DNA of 59,120 bases. Origin: an uncultured Nitrosopumilales archaeon. Lineage in GTDB: Archaea; Thermoproteota; Nitrososphaeria; Nitrososphaerales; Gagatemarchaeaceae. The position numbers and the translations under genes are program-made. A model generated the notes under the pieces. It was not told the origin of the DNA. It searched no databases and saw nothing but the letters and a program-made list of their open reading frames with translations. The stretch lies in NCBI GenBank assembly GCA_964533695.1, contig CAZHNH010000112.1, forward strand, positions 1 to 59,120, in the 5' to 3' direction. Below, in pieces: positions 35,082 through 44,304 of this stretch; the first letter of the stretch is position 1, and the number at the start of each line of letters is the position of its first letter.

Positions 35082-36233
35082 ATGAACGTGACCACGAAAG
35101 GTGTCGTCCTAGCCGCGGGGGAGGGGAAGCGGATGAAGCCCGTCAGCGAAATCGTCCCTAAAGAGATGATACCAATCCTGGGCAAGCCTTTCCTCTACTA
35201 CGTCCTTAGGAAGCTCGCTCAAGCAAAAATAAGGAGCGTTGTAATAGTAACTTCAGACTGGAAGCTTCCTCAAATCCAGAGCCTCGATGCATCACGTCTT
35301 GGGCTCAGAGTCGAATACGTCGTTCAGAAGGAGCCGTTAGGCCCTGCACAGGCGCTATTTGAAGCCTCAGCCTGCGTCGACACCGAGCACATGATTGTCT
35401 ACTATGGTGACAACTTGGCTGAAGGCAACGTTCCTCTTGAACTCCTTCACGCGGTGCGCCGCAATCGTCGAGCTGATGCGGTGGTTTCACTTCGAGAGGT
35501 TCAAGACACACCAAGATACGGTATCGCAAGACTTGATGGGAGCAGAGTTGTGGAAATCGTTGAGAAGCCGGCAGAGGGAAGAGAACCAAGCAGATTTGCC
35601 GCCATGGGCATCTACGTCATGAAGACGGAGAGTTTCTTTCAATCCCTCAAGGGTGTCGCATTCGAATACGGAAAGGAGCAGTTTCCGCCGCAGTATATAA
35701 TCCGGGCCGGTGGTCGTGTAACCAGCTGGGTCTTTGCCGGGAGTTGGGTGGATATGGGAAAGCCCGTGGACATGCTGCGGGCTTCGACACTCATTTCCAG
35801 TGCTCCTATCAGGGGCGTAGTCTTGAGAGCAGACAGCATACTCTACGGCGTCGCGAATACCCCAGGCGATGCCGACAAAAACACTTGCGGACGGCGTGAG
35901 TTGTTGGATGAGGTTGGCAGACTCGTCAGAGCTATTGGTGTGAAGGATGGTTTCGTGATGTCGTCTAACAGGAAGGAATTGGTTAGAAGGGATCTCAGAC
36001 CCTATGGGTTGGAACACTTTAGGTTCATACGATGCGACGATGAGGGCGCTCTATCATCGCTTCGTACGTATGAAGCGCCCCTCCGAGCCTTTAACCCAAA
36101 TCAGCTACTTGTCATCGGGGCCGATTACGGGCACGACCTAATGGGTCCAGCAAGGCAAGGGATGCACGTACTTTTAGCGAGAGGAAAGGAGGACTTGGCT
36201 GCACTAAAGGACCTGTCCTCACGAAGCACCTGA
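35082..36233 (+). CDS. sugar-1-phosphate nucleotidyltransferase fused to a degenerate HAD-like domain
   Basis: The N-terminus GVVLAAGEGKRMKPVSEIVPKEMIPI is RmlA/GlmU-like. The C-terminal roughly 140 aa show HAD-like motifs II-IV (VMSSN, VIGADYGHDL). Motif I reads VVLRADSIL, with Arg where the nucleophilic Asp would be. Confidence 0.75.
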   Translation: MNVTTKGVVLAAGEGKRMKPVSEIVPKEMIPILGKPFLYYVLRKLAQAKIRSVVIVTSDWKLPQIQSLDASRLGLRVEYVVQKEPLGPAQALFEASACVDTEHMIVYYGDNLAEGNVPLELLHAVRRNRRADAVVSLREVQDTPRYGIARLDGSRVVEIVEKPAEGREPSRFAAMGIYVMKTESFFQSLKGVAFEYGKEQFPPQYIIRAGGRVTSWVFAGSWVDMGKPVDMLRASTLISSAPIRGVVLRADSILYGVANTPGDADKNTCGRRELLDEVGRLVRAIGVKDGFVMSSNRKELVRRDLRPYGLEHFRFIRCDDEGALSSLRTYEAPLRAFNPNQLLVIGADYGHDLMGPARQGMHVLLARGKEDLAALKDLSSRST

Positions 36234-36342
36234 TTCCAAGGTCTCATAGGCTCTGCTTTAATTGGACGATTCCGCGTCCTTCGAACTCTTCATTAGCCAA
36301 GTGTTCTTTGCTCAGACTGACTGTTACACCGCCTAACGCATC

Positions 36343-37680
36343 ATGCTTTTAGAAGCGCGATGTCCTACCATGCCCATGAGCCCCGACGGGTACGAGATGT
36401 CAACAGCTGCGGATGTCCTCTCGGGATCTTCGGGGCGCTTTGTTGAGCTGACTGGGTGGATCGCCCGCAAGCACACTGTTGGCGGGCTCGTCTTCGCTCT
36501 GCTCAGGGACGGGTCAGGCTACCTCCAGGTGTCGTTCAGGAAAGGGAACCAGGATTCTGGTGTCTTCGCGTCGGCTCGTGCGATGACGATCGAATCCGCC
36601 ATACTTGTCAAGGGGGAGGTGAGAGACGACCCTAGGGCCCCCGGTGGAAAAGAGGTGTCGGCAAGATCCTTGGAGGTCGTTTCACGGGCTGAGAGCTGGC
36701 CTATTACCAAGACCGCTGCCAAATCTGCCTCCTACCTCTTCGATAAGAGGCACCTCAGCATTCGTGGCCCCAAAGCGATTGCGACCATGCGCATCCGCGC
36801 AGAAGTCGTCGGCGCCGCCTTTGACTACTTTAGAGGCAACGGGTTCCAGCTGATAAGCGCCCCGACCTTTGTTCAAGCAGCCGTCGAAGGAGGTTCTACG
36901 CTTTTCTCTGTGGATTACTTCGGAAAGAAAGTCAGCCTAAGTCAGAGTGCTCAGTTCTATGAGGAGGCCGCACTTCCGGCTCTGAAGAAAGTTTGGATTT
37001 TCCAACCGGCTTTCCGAGCGGAGAAGTCTAAGACACCCAAACATTTGACAGAATTCTGGATGATAGAATCGGAACAGGCGTTCGCAGACCAATCAGACAA
37101 CCTCAGGGTGCAGGAAGAGTTGCTCTCAACAATGGTAAGTCGTGTCATAGAGAACAGGTCGGCGGAGCTCAAGACGCTCGGGCGTGAGCTCAAACAGCTC
37201 AACATACCCTTTCCGAGGATGACGTACGACGAAGCTCGTGAAACGGCTGCGAAGAAAGGGTTCCCGTTCGTTTGGGGGGACGATCTGCCTGTAGAGGCAG
37301 AAAGGGCTGTCAGCCTGACGCAGGAGTCACCCTTCTTCATAACAGACTACCCGTTGTCAGCGAGGAGCTTTTATCACATGACATTTCCAAACAGGCCAGA
37401 CGTGACAAAATCAGCGGACTTGATTGCTCCAGAAGGATACGGTGAACTCGCCACTGGGGGTCAAAGAATACATGACCACAGGGAACTGGTGGCGCGGATA
37501 GAAAAGCAGGACTTGCCTGCCGAATCATTTCAATGGTACCTTGAGCTTAGAAGGTTTGGGATGCCTCCGCACTCAGGTTTTGGCATAGGGGTAGAAAGAA
37601 CGACAAGGTGGGTCGCGGGACTTAGGCATATCCGCTCGGCAAGCCTCTTTCCAAGGACACTTTCAAGGATCTCTCCCTAG
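36343..37680 (+). CDS. asnS: asparaginyl-tRNA synthetase (class IIb; AsnRS rather than AspRS)
   Basis: FRAEKSKTPKHLTEFWMIESE (motif 2), GGQRIHD, and PPHSGFGIGVER...FPR (motif 3, HSG variant typical of AsnRS). The start may be the ATG at 36397. Confidence 0.8.
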   Translation: MLLEARCPTMPMSPDGYEMSTAADVLSGSSGRFVELTGWIARKHTVGGLVFALLRDGSGYLQVSFRKGNQDSGVFASARAMTIESAILVKGEVRDDPRAPGGKEVSARSLEVVSRAESWPITKTAAKSASYLFDKRHLSIRGPKAIATMRIRAEVVGAAFDYFRGNGFQLISAPTFVQAAVEGGSTLFSVDYFGKKVSLSQSAQFYEEAALPALKKVWIFQPAFRAEKSKTPKHLTEFWMIESEQAFADQSDNLRVQEELLSTMVSRVIENRSAELKTLGRELKQLNIPFPRMTYDEARETAAKKGFPFVWGDDLPVEAERAVSLTQESPFFITDYPLSARSFYHMTFPNRPDVTKSADLIAPEGYGELATGGQRIHDHRELVARIEKQDLPAESFQWYLELRRFGMPPHSGFGIGVERTTRWVAGLRHIRSASLFPRTLSRISP

Positions 37681-37706
37681 GTCATGCTTATCTAGAGGAC
37701 GGGGAC

Positions 37707-38711
37707 TTGGCGTCTCCATTGTCTCAAACTGACGAAGAACTGGAGCTAGATACCCTCCCTGGAGTAGGACCTGCGACCAAGCAGAAGCTCAATGACGCAG
37801 GCATTCTAACCATTCTCGACTTAGCAACCTCTGGACCAGCAGACATCGCCGAGGCCGTAGATATTGACATCTCGAAGGCCGTGGAGCTAAACAACAAGGC
37901 AAGGAAGAAGCTAGTCGAAATGAAGCGGCTTGAGCCCGACTTCATCAATGCCGCCGACCTGTTGGCAAAGAGGAAAGCAATTGACAGGATCAGCACTGGT
38001 TCCAAGAACCTCGACGAGCTTCTTGGCGGCGGAGTGGAGACCTGGGCCATGACCGAGTTTTATGGTGAGTTTGGGTCGGGAAAGAGCCAGATTTGTCACA
38101 CACTCTGCGTAATGGTGCAAGGGCTGCACGGTCAGGGTGGTCTTGAAGGGGGCGCAGTCTACATCGACACCGAGGGGACGTTCAGGCCAGAGAGAATTGC
38201 GGAAATATCGGAAGCGAGGGGGCTCGACTCTGAGAAGATACTCTCTGGGATAACCGTGGCAAGGGCGTACAACAGCGCTCACCAGGAGTTGATCGTGAAG
38301 GACCTCGGCCCCATCTTAGAGCAAAAGAAGGTGAAACTCATTATATTAGACAGCGCGGTAGCTCATTATAGGGCTGAGTTTCTCGGGAGAGGGACACTGG
38401 CCGAACGGCAGCAGCGACTCAATAAGTTCATGCATCAGCTGCTCCGAATAGCGGAAATATACAATGTCGCAGTGGTCGTGACCAATCAGGTCCAGGCGGC
38501 TCCGGACAGCTTCTTCGGAGACCCTACGAGACCGACTGGGGGCCATGTTGTTGCTCATACCAGCACCTACAGAATTTATCTTCGAAAGGCGGCCAAGAAT
38601 CGGATAGCTCGCATGGTGGACAGCCCGTACCACCCTGAAAGGGACGCCGTGTTCATGCTGGACGAACGTGGCGTTGACGACCCTTCGGAAGAGACAGTCC
38701 GAAGGAGGTAG
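37707..38711 (+). CDS. radA: DNA repair and recombination protein RadA
   Basis: 334 aa. N-terminal HhH (LPGVGPATKQKL), Walker A GEFGSGKSQ and Walker B LIILDS. TTG start. Confidence 0.95.
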   Translation: MASPLSQTDEELELDTLPGVGPATKQKLNDAGILTILDLATSGPADIAEAVDIDISKAVELNNKARKKLVEMKRLEPDFINAADLLAKRKAIDRISTGSKNLDELLGGGVETWAMTEFYGEFGSGKSQICHTLCVMVQGLHGQGGLEGGAVYIDTEGTFRPERIAEISEARGLDSEKILSGITVARAYNSAHQELIVKDLGPILEQKKVKLIILDSAVAHYRAEFLGRGTLAERQQRLNKFMHQLLRIAEIYNVAVVVTNQVQAAPDSFFGDPTRPTGGHVVAHTSTYRIYLRKAAKNRIARMVDSPYHPERDAVFMLDERGVDDPSEETVRRR

Positions 38712-38819
38712 CCACTCTTAATGGGAGGACACTGTGTGTTATCTCGTCTGTGGTCACGAGTAGGACGTACCGAGACGAGGTGCGAATGAGGCAGCCAACT
38801 AGATGCTTGAGTCAACGGC

Positions 38820-38825
38820 TTTATA
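38820..38825 (+). promoter_or_regulatory. TATA-box candidate (TTTATA) upstream of the surface glycoprotein gene
   Basis: Ends 31 nt upstream of the TTG at 38856. Confidence 0.35.
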
Positions 38826-38855
38826 GGTCAAAATCGTCGGCCTTCGGAGTCTTAC

Positions 38856-41594
38856 TTGAAGCGCTCTCAAGTTCTGGCGGTCTCGGTCTTAATGTTAATG
38901 CTTCTTGCCGCGTTGCCGCTCTTGCAGGGGTCCACTGCGACAACAAGCTACTCTGAGAGCCTCAACGTGTACATCGCCGGCTCGAATGCGTACTGGTATT
39001 TCACCTTCAGCGGAGTGAATGGTTCCAGCAAGCTGTCCGCTTTCGAAAGCTCGCCAGGTCTGAGCTGGTACAACGTGACGGCGATCATGACTACGGGTTG
39101 GAAGTCTGACTTTCAGGTCTTCGGGCCGTTAGGATACAACTTGCTTCCAGTTCCCTTCATCCCATCTCAAGGGCTTTTTCTCACCTTGGGATCGGATTCC
39201 TATCCTGACGCCCTCGCAGCGGCGGGACGATTAAACTCGTACTTGCTTTCCACATTTGTCTCCTATTCGAACGATTCGGGCTACTACGAGTTCTATAGCC
39301 CTCTTACCTTCACCGAAGTCATTCCGGTGACCCTGTTGAAGTTGATTCCTTCCACGATGGGAGGTTTCGCGGCCGCTGTCACGTCGAGCGGGCTGGACCA
39401 GACATCGTCGCCACTAGTAATGCTCGAAGGGACAAAAGGGGCGTCGGGATTCTCGCACAGCTTAGTCGTCGGATCAATCTCAAGTGAGGCACTCAACTCC
39501 AATAGCAAACCGAACATTCTCTCGTACTTCGGGTCGACTGTCACCTCACTAAAGGCGGCTAACGACAGTGTCTCTTCGACTGTCAAAATCCACGCCCTCG
39601 ACGGCATAATGAGTTTGACCTCAAAGGACAACGCCACCCTGGTCAACGTAACATCGCATTACTCCAGCGTCTATTCGCTGTCGCTGGCGCCGCAGGCGAA
39701 ACTGTTTCAAGTGAACGCGACGGTGCTTCAGCAACCGCAACAACTTCTCGCGGAACGGCAAGTCGATGTCGGCGTTCTTCAACCTGGCGAGAACATGACG
39801 GTGACGATTACCCTCACTGACGTCTCGAGCGTGACCTCACTCGAGAGCATCGCATACTCAGACAACTGGTGGAATCCTGCTCTCTTCAAGCTTGTCGGTG
39901 GGACAGGTTCAGTATTCTCTCAGGCACTATTGAACGCCAGCGGAACGGCGACGCCCTACTACAAACTAGAATACATTGGGAATATCACAAGCAGGATAAC
40001 CATCCCTCCAGTAGCGGTTAGCTTCGCGTACCTCGTAGGAGGTTCCACCTTCAAAGGCCAGGCGTGGCTAAACCCAATCACGATTTCGCTCGGCGAGGAC
40101 AACCCGGTAGTGCTCGCGTATGCTGCACCGGCGGTGAACTTTTCTCAACCTCTTGGCGCGACCCAGACCCTGCACTTGTTCGTGAAGAACGTCGGGACTC
40201 GAACAGCAACTGATGTGGTGGTAGACGGCGCAACCATCCCTGGAGGAGCGCTCACTGCCGACGGGGGTTCTTACACGGCCACGATCCCGATTGTCGCAAC
40301 TGGACTCCTCAACACAAACGTGACCAGCTCGTACTTCGTGACGTACGAAAATCCGCAAGGGGAAACCTTCAACGCGACGACGAATCGCCTGTCACTCATT
40401 TTTGCCCATTCAGGGATGCTGTTGGGATACCCAGAGGTCGTCGTCGGTGCGATCATCAAACCTCTAAGACAAGGCAGCACCGCGACCAACCTAACCTTAA
40501 CATTTACTGTCACGAATGCAGGCAACTCGAGCCTCCTGGACTTCGTCTCAAAAGGTCAGATTCCATCCGGCCTTGGGTGTGGCGTCACAAATGGCACTGG
40601 CATCTCTTGTCCCTCTGGAACAGATCTCCTCAAGCTGAATTACACGGTGTTGGCGTCAAGAAGTACGCATGAGACAACGATGAAATTCAATGTGACAAGT
40701 CCTGAGAATTTCTTCATATCACCATTGACATTTGGCGGGGTGTCAGCCGGAATCAGTCTCATGGGAAGCTCAAATGCGATTGCCGTCCCCACGGGTCTGG
40801 TCTTGACCAAGGCCTTCAGTCCTTCGCTGCTCTTCGCAGGGGTTACGTCTTCGGTCAAGCTGTTGGCCGATAACGCGGGGCCATTCACAATCTATAACGT
40901 CACGGTGAGCTCCACCGTGGACTCGTTCGACAAACTCTCTCCTCTCGCGATACCTACAATTTCGAACAGTTCAATCATAGCGAAGGGGAATCTCACCAGG
41001 TCATATCCCGTGAATGCGACGACGAGCTACGGCAATCACACGTCCTCCGAGGTGTCATCCACATTGTACTTCGGAGGGACTCAGTATTCGATCGAAAGTC
41101 TCGGCCCATACGTTGCTGTGTATGAGCCTCTAAACGCAACCGTCACTACCACGCCTTTGACCCCAACCGAGGGCAAAGATTTCAAGTTTTACCTCACGAT
41201 CAGCAACCCAGCAAGTGTCAACGTCACTAGCGTTGTCCTCACACTCCCGATCCCGTCAGGTCTCACCCTTTCCCAGATGAACAACAATGCATCCGTGTCG
41301 CACGGGGTTCTTATGGTAAACATACGGTCGCTTCTCTCCCACTCTTCCTTCAAAGTGACAGCGGAAGGCATTGCCAGCAACGGGGCAACCTACTCTTGGA
41401 AAGGCGCCAGCCTGACTTTCGTCTACGGAGACACCACTATCAAGGGATTCGTCCCGGGGAAGGGAATAGTGGTCAATGAAGACGTGACAACCAGGTACCT
41501 GATTCCTTTGGCGGTAGCTGTAATTGTCCTGCTGGCCGCAGCGTTTTACGTGAGGCGACTTGCGGCTCCTAGCGTTCCAGCTTCCCCGAAGTGA
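38856..41594 (+). CDS. large secreted/cell-surface glycoprotein candidate (S-layer-like) with C-terminal TM anchor
   Basis: 912 aa. N-terminal signal-like segment (VLAVSVLMLMLLAALPLLQG), more than 20 N-x-S/T sequons by eye, Ser/Thr/Val-rich and apparently beta-rich composition, and a C-terminal helix (LIPLAVAVIVLLAAAFYV) followed by a basic tail. Confidence 0.65.
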   Translation: MKRSQVLAVSVLMLMLLAALPLLQGSTATTSYSESLNVYIAGSNAYWYFTFSGVNGSSKLSAFESSPGLSWYNVTAIMTTGWKSDFQVFGPLGYNLLPVPFIPSQGLFLTLGSDSYPDALAAAGRLNSYLLSTFVSYSNDSGYYEFYSPLTFTEVIPVTLLKLIPSTMGGFAAAVTSSGLDQTSSPLVMLEGTKGASGFSHSLVVGSISSEALNSNSKPNILSYFGSTVTSLKAANDSVSSTVKIHALDGIMSLTSKDNATLVNVTSHYSSVYSLSLAPQAKLFQVNATVLQQPQQLLAERQVDVGVLQPGENMTVTITLTDVSSVTSLESIAYSDNWWNPALFKLVGGTGSVFSQALLNASGTATPYYKLEYIGNITSRITIPPVAVSFAYLVGGSTFKGQAWLNPITISLGEDNPVVLAYAAPAVNFSQPLGATQTLHLFVKNVGTRTATDVVVDGATIPGGALTADGGSYTATIPIVATGLLNTNVTSSYFVTYENPQGETFNATTNRLSLIFAHSGMLLGYPEVVVGAIIKPLRQGSTATNLTLTFTVTNAGNSSLLDFVSKGQIPSGLGCGVTNGTGISCPSGTDLLKLNYTVLASRSTHETTMKFNVTSPENFFISPLTFGGVSAGISLMGSSNAIAVPTGLVLTKAFSPSLLFAGVTSSVKLLADNAGPFTIYNVTVSSTVDSFDKLSPLAIPTISNSSIIAKGNLTRSYPVNATTSYGNHTSSEVSSTLYFGGTQYSIESLGPYVAVYEPLNATVTTTPLTPTEGKDFKFYLTISNPASVNVTSVVLTLPIPSGLTLSQMNNNASVSHGVLMVNIRSLLSHSSFKVTAEGIASNGATYSWKGASLTFVYGDTTIKGFVPGKGIVVNEDVTTRYLIPLAVAVIVLLAAAFYVRRLAAPSVPASPK

Positions 41595-42630
41595 AATCCT
41601 CGAAGGCGACCTTAGCAGCGGGATAGGGCATCTGAACCGGAGGGTGCTTAAAGCAGTAGGCGGATAAGCTTGTCAACTGTCCTCCGACTCCTCTATCAAG
41701 TGCGACTTTTGACCCCCGGATCGCATCCACCATCACCCCGGCGCTATCGTACGCGTCCACAACGTGCAGCTTCACGTCCATCATTACGGGAGTGCCGCCG
41801 AAGTACTTCCCTTTCAACCAGATGTAGCAGACCTTATCGTTCCTCAGGAACGGGACATAGTCGCTCGGTCCGATTCTCGTGGGGACTTCATAGGGAGACA
41901 TTGCCCTTACTGCACTTGTTTTGCTTTCCCTCTTGTCCTTCAGTCGTTTCTCTTCGAGCATGTTCAAGAAGTCAGTATCGCCTCCGATATTCAGTTGGTA
42001 AGTCTCTTCCACTTTCACGCCCCTGTCTACGGCCAGCCTGACTAGGGTCTTGTGTAGGACCGTTGCACCCACCTGACTCATCACATCGTCTCCCGCCACG
42101 GGAGTCTTCGCCTGTGCGAATCTATCGGCCCATTTCTCATCGGATGCGATGAAGACTGGGATTGCGTTCACGAACGCAACTCTTGCCGCCAGTGCAGCTT
42201 CGGCATACATCTGAGAAGCTGCAGTACTGCCTACGGGGAGATAATTTATCAGAACATCGGCGCCAGATTTTTCAATTTCCTCAGCAACATCCACTTCCTT
42301 CTTGTCGGACAACGGAACCACGTCCTTGAGGTACTTGCCGATGCCGTCCGACAAGGGTCCCTTCGTCACCTTCACCCCGAGCCTGGGGACGCTCGTAATC
42401 TTGAGCGTGTTGTTAGGTTCTTTGAAAATTGCCTCTGAAAGATCCGCACCCACCTTCTTCGCCGAGACATCGAATGCTGCCACGAACTCGATATCGGCTG
42501 GTGTGTATCCACCCACATCCCAGTATCCGAGACCCTCATCGGCCCCGTTGGCGGTGTAATACTGTACACCCTGGACGATTGCCGACGCGCAGTTACCTAC
42601 GCCCGCAATAGCAACTTTGATTTTCGGCAA
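41569..42630 (-). CDS. ino1: myo-inositol-1-phosphate synthase
   Basis: 353 aa with a TTG start. KVAIAGVGNCASAIVQGVQYY Rossmann N-terminus and a typical archaeal MIPS core (NIGGDTDFLN). Confidence 0.9.
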   Translation of the reverse strand: MPKIKVAIAGVGNCASAIVQGVQYYTANGADEGLGYWDVGGYTPADIEFVAAFDVSAKKVGADLSEAIFKEPNNTLKITSVPRLGVKVTKGPLSDGIGKYLKDVVPLSDKKEVDVAEEIEKSGADVLINYLPVGSTAASQMYAEAALAARVAFVNAIPVFIASDEKWADRFAQAKTPVAGDDVMSQVGATVLHKTLVRLAVDRGVKVEETYQLNIGGDTDFLNMLEEKRLKDKRESKTSAVRAMSPYEVPTRIGPSDYVPFLRNDKVCYIWLKGKYFGGTPVMMDVKLHVVDAYDSAGVMVDAIRGSKVALDRGVGGQLTSLSAYCFKHPPVQMPYPAAKVAFEDFTSGKLER

Positions 42631-42670
42631 ACTTGATTTGAACGGCTAAATTAGGTTCGCCTTAAAGCGT

Positions 42671-43060
42671 TTGGGGACGAGTGAACGCCCTACTGGCCCG
42701 TCCTGGAACTTGTCCTGAGACATCATATCCTCGGAGCGACTTGAACAGAGTGCGATTGGGCTCTATCCCTCAACCGTCCGAACGCCCAACTCCCTGCCCA
42801 AACGATCCGCTCTCATTTCAAAGTCTTCGTGCAGCGAGCTCGGCTCAACTCTCTCTCGATAGGGACTACCCTGGAAGTACATGCCCATCGAGACTTTGGT
42901 AGAAGTTCACACTCGCGCGCCTTATCATGTTCGTCTACTTGGTGCCGGTTTCTACCAGGCACGCGCGTGGGCCGATGAGGGCACGAACCCTGTCTTTCCT
43001 AGATTTGGATTTAACACGAAAAAGCTTTCTTTACATGTTGATGTCGAATGCCGAGGCGCT
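42671..43060. ncRNA. candidate structured-RNA locus (identity and strand unresolved; minus strand favoured)
   Basis: About 390 nt remain unexplained between the ino1 promoter region and the NUDIX promoter. There is no credible ORF. Helices seen: a 12-position helix with one mismatch (42958-42969 with 42910-42921), a 10-bp hairpin (42853-42893), and a 4-bp hairpin with a UCAG loop (42711-42722). The minus strand is G/U-rich and carries the G-U pair. Confidence 0.3.
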
Positions 43061-43063
43061 CTG

Positions 43064-43073
43064 TAAATAATAA
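43064..43073 (+). promoter_or_regulatory. TATA-box candidate (TAAATAATAA) upstream of the NUDIX gene
   Basis: Ends 22 nt upstream of the ATG at 43095. Confidence 0.35.
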
Positions 43074-43094
43074 TGGTACGGGATTGGAGCGGGT

Positions 43095-43565
43095 ATGGAA
43101 GAGAAGTCGGCAGGTGCCGTCGTATACAGGACGGCCAACACCGGCAACAGAGTCTACCTTCTCCTCCTCAACCTAGGGAGATGGGACTTCCCAAAAGGCA
43201 ATATGGAGACTAGCGAGACTGAGCTGCAGACGGCCATCCGAGAGGTAGGGGAGGAGACGGGACTTCACGAACTTGTAATCAGACCGGGATTCAGGAGGGT
43301 GATCGAGTACTTCTATCGGAGGGGGGGCAAAAATATCCACAAGCATGTAATCTATCTTCTCGCTGAAACGAAAACGGGGGATGTAAAAATCTCCTCCGAG
43401 CATCAAGCTTATGGCTGGTTCCCATACAACGAGGCAATCGCCCGCGCTTCTTATGACAACTCAAAGAAGCTCCTCCACGAGGCGGAGGGCTTCCTTGCGA
43501 GATATGCGGGGGGAGACCGCCCCATGATCAGAACTGAACGAGCGGGTGCCTCTCGCCCAGTCTGA
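43095..43565 (+). CDS. NUDIX hydrolase
   Basis: Nudix box GNMETSETELQTAIREVGEETG; 156 aa. Confidence 0.85.
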   Translation: MEEKSAGAVVYRTANTGNRVYLLLLNLGRWDFPKGNMETSETELQTAIREVGEETGLHELVIRPGFRRVIEYFYRRGGKNIHKHVIYLLAETKTGDVKISSEHQAYGWFPYNEAIARASYDNSKKLLHEAEGFLARYAGGDRPMIRTERAGASRPV

Positions 43566-44304
43566 CAACTTTGATGTAGTGATAACCCGGCTCGTCGGTT
43601 CGCTTTACGAAGGCAGATTCGACGATCTTGTCGTAAGAGTACTTCACGAACCCGGTAGGTGACTCATTGGTGCGAGTGTAGAAGAAAATAGATGCCTCCT
43701 CGTAGTCATCAATCCTGGCGAAAGCTCCGACTACCCAGGCCGATCCATCTTCGAAGGAGAAGAGAGGCAGCGGCGGCTCTTCGAAGAGAGTCTTATACGC
43801 TCCGACCTTTACTATGCTGGGGATATTCTCGACCTCGACTGACATGAATTTGTCGGGGAACTCTTTCTTTCCTTCCAGCGGTTCTGGCATTTTCTGGACC
43901 CTGATCACAGGAGCATAAAGATAGGAAGCATTGCTTGCGGTAGGGACGAGTTGGACCTCCTCGACCTCACCGGCAATTCTGTATGCGAGGAACTCATCGA
44001 CAGTAGAAGAATCGAAGTAATAGAAGACTGGAGTCCCCATGAAGAGGTCTGCCTGTGCCGCAATCCTAGTTCCACGCCCTTGTTTGAAGGCGAATAGAGG
44101 GAAAGGAGCCCTCTCGAGGAAGCACGAAAGTCTTCCCAGTTCCATGAGCGAGTGCAACCTGACGTAGCATGCGCCGCCGATTCTCTGCTCTTCCTTCTTT
44201 GGCAACGCGAGCGTGTCCGCGCTGTGCCCGTTATAAGGTTGAGCGGCTTCAGGGCAAGGCCCTACCACAAATACCAGTTCCTCCCTCGGCTTGGATGTGA
44301 GCAT
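43528..44304 (-). CDS. hypothetical protein with internal duplication
   Basis: Two related roughly 60-aa segments: PFPLFAFKQGRGTRIAAQADLFMGTPVFYYF and PLPLFSFEDGSAWVVGAFARIDDYEEASIFFYT. I use the ATG at 44304; the ORF track extends to 44367. Confidence 0.5.
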   Translation of the reverse strand: MLTSKPREELVFVVGPCPEAAQPYNGHSADTLALPKKEEQRIGGACYVRLHSLMELGRLSCFLERAPFPLFAFKQGRGTRIAAQADLFMGTPVFYYFDSSTVDEFLAYRIAGEVEEVQLVPTASNASYLYAPVIRVQKMPEPLEGKKEFPDKFMSVEVENIPSIVKVGAYKTLFEEPPLPLFSFEDGSAWVVGAFARIDDYEEASIFFYTRTNESPTGFVKYSYDKIVESAFVKRTDEPGYHYIKVVRLGERHPLVQF

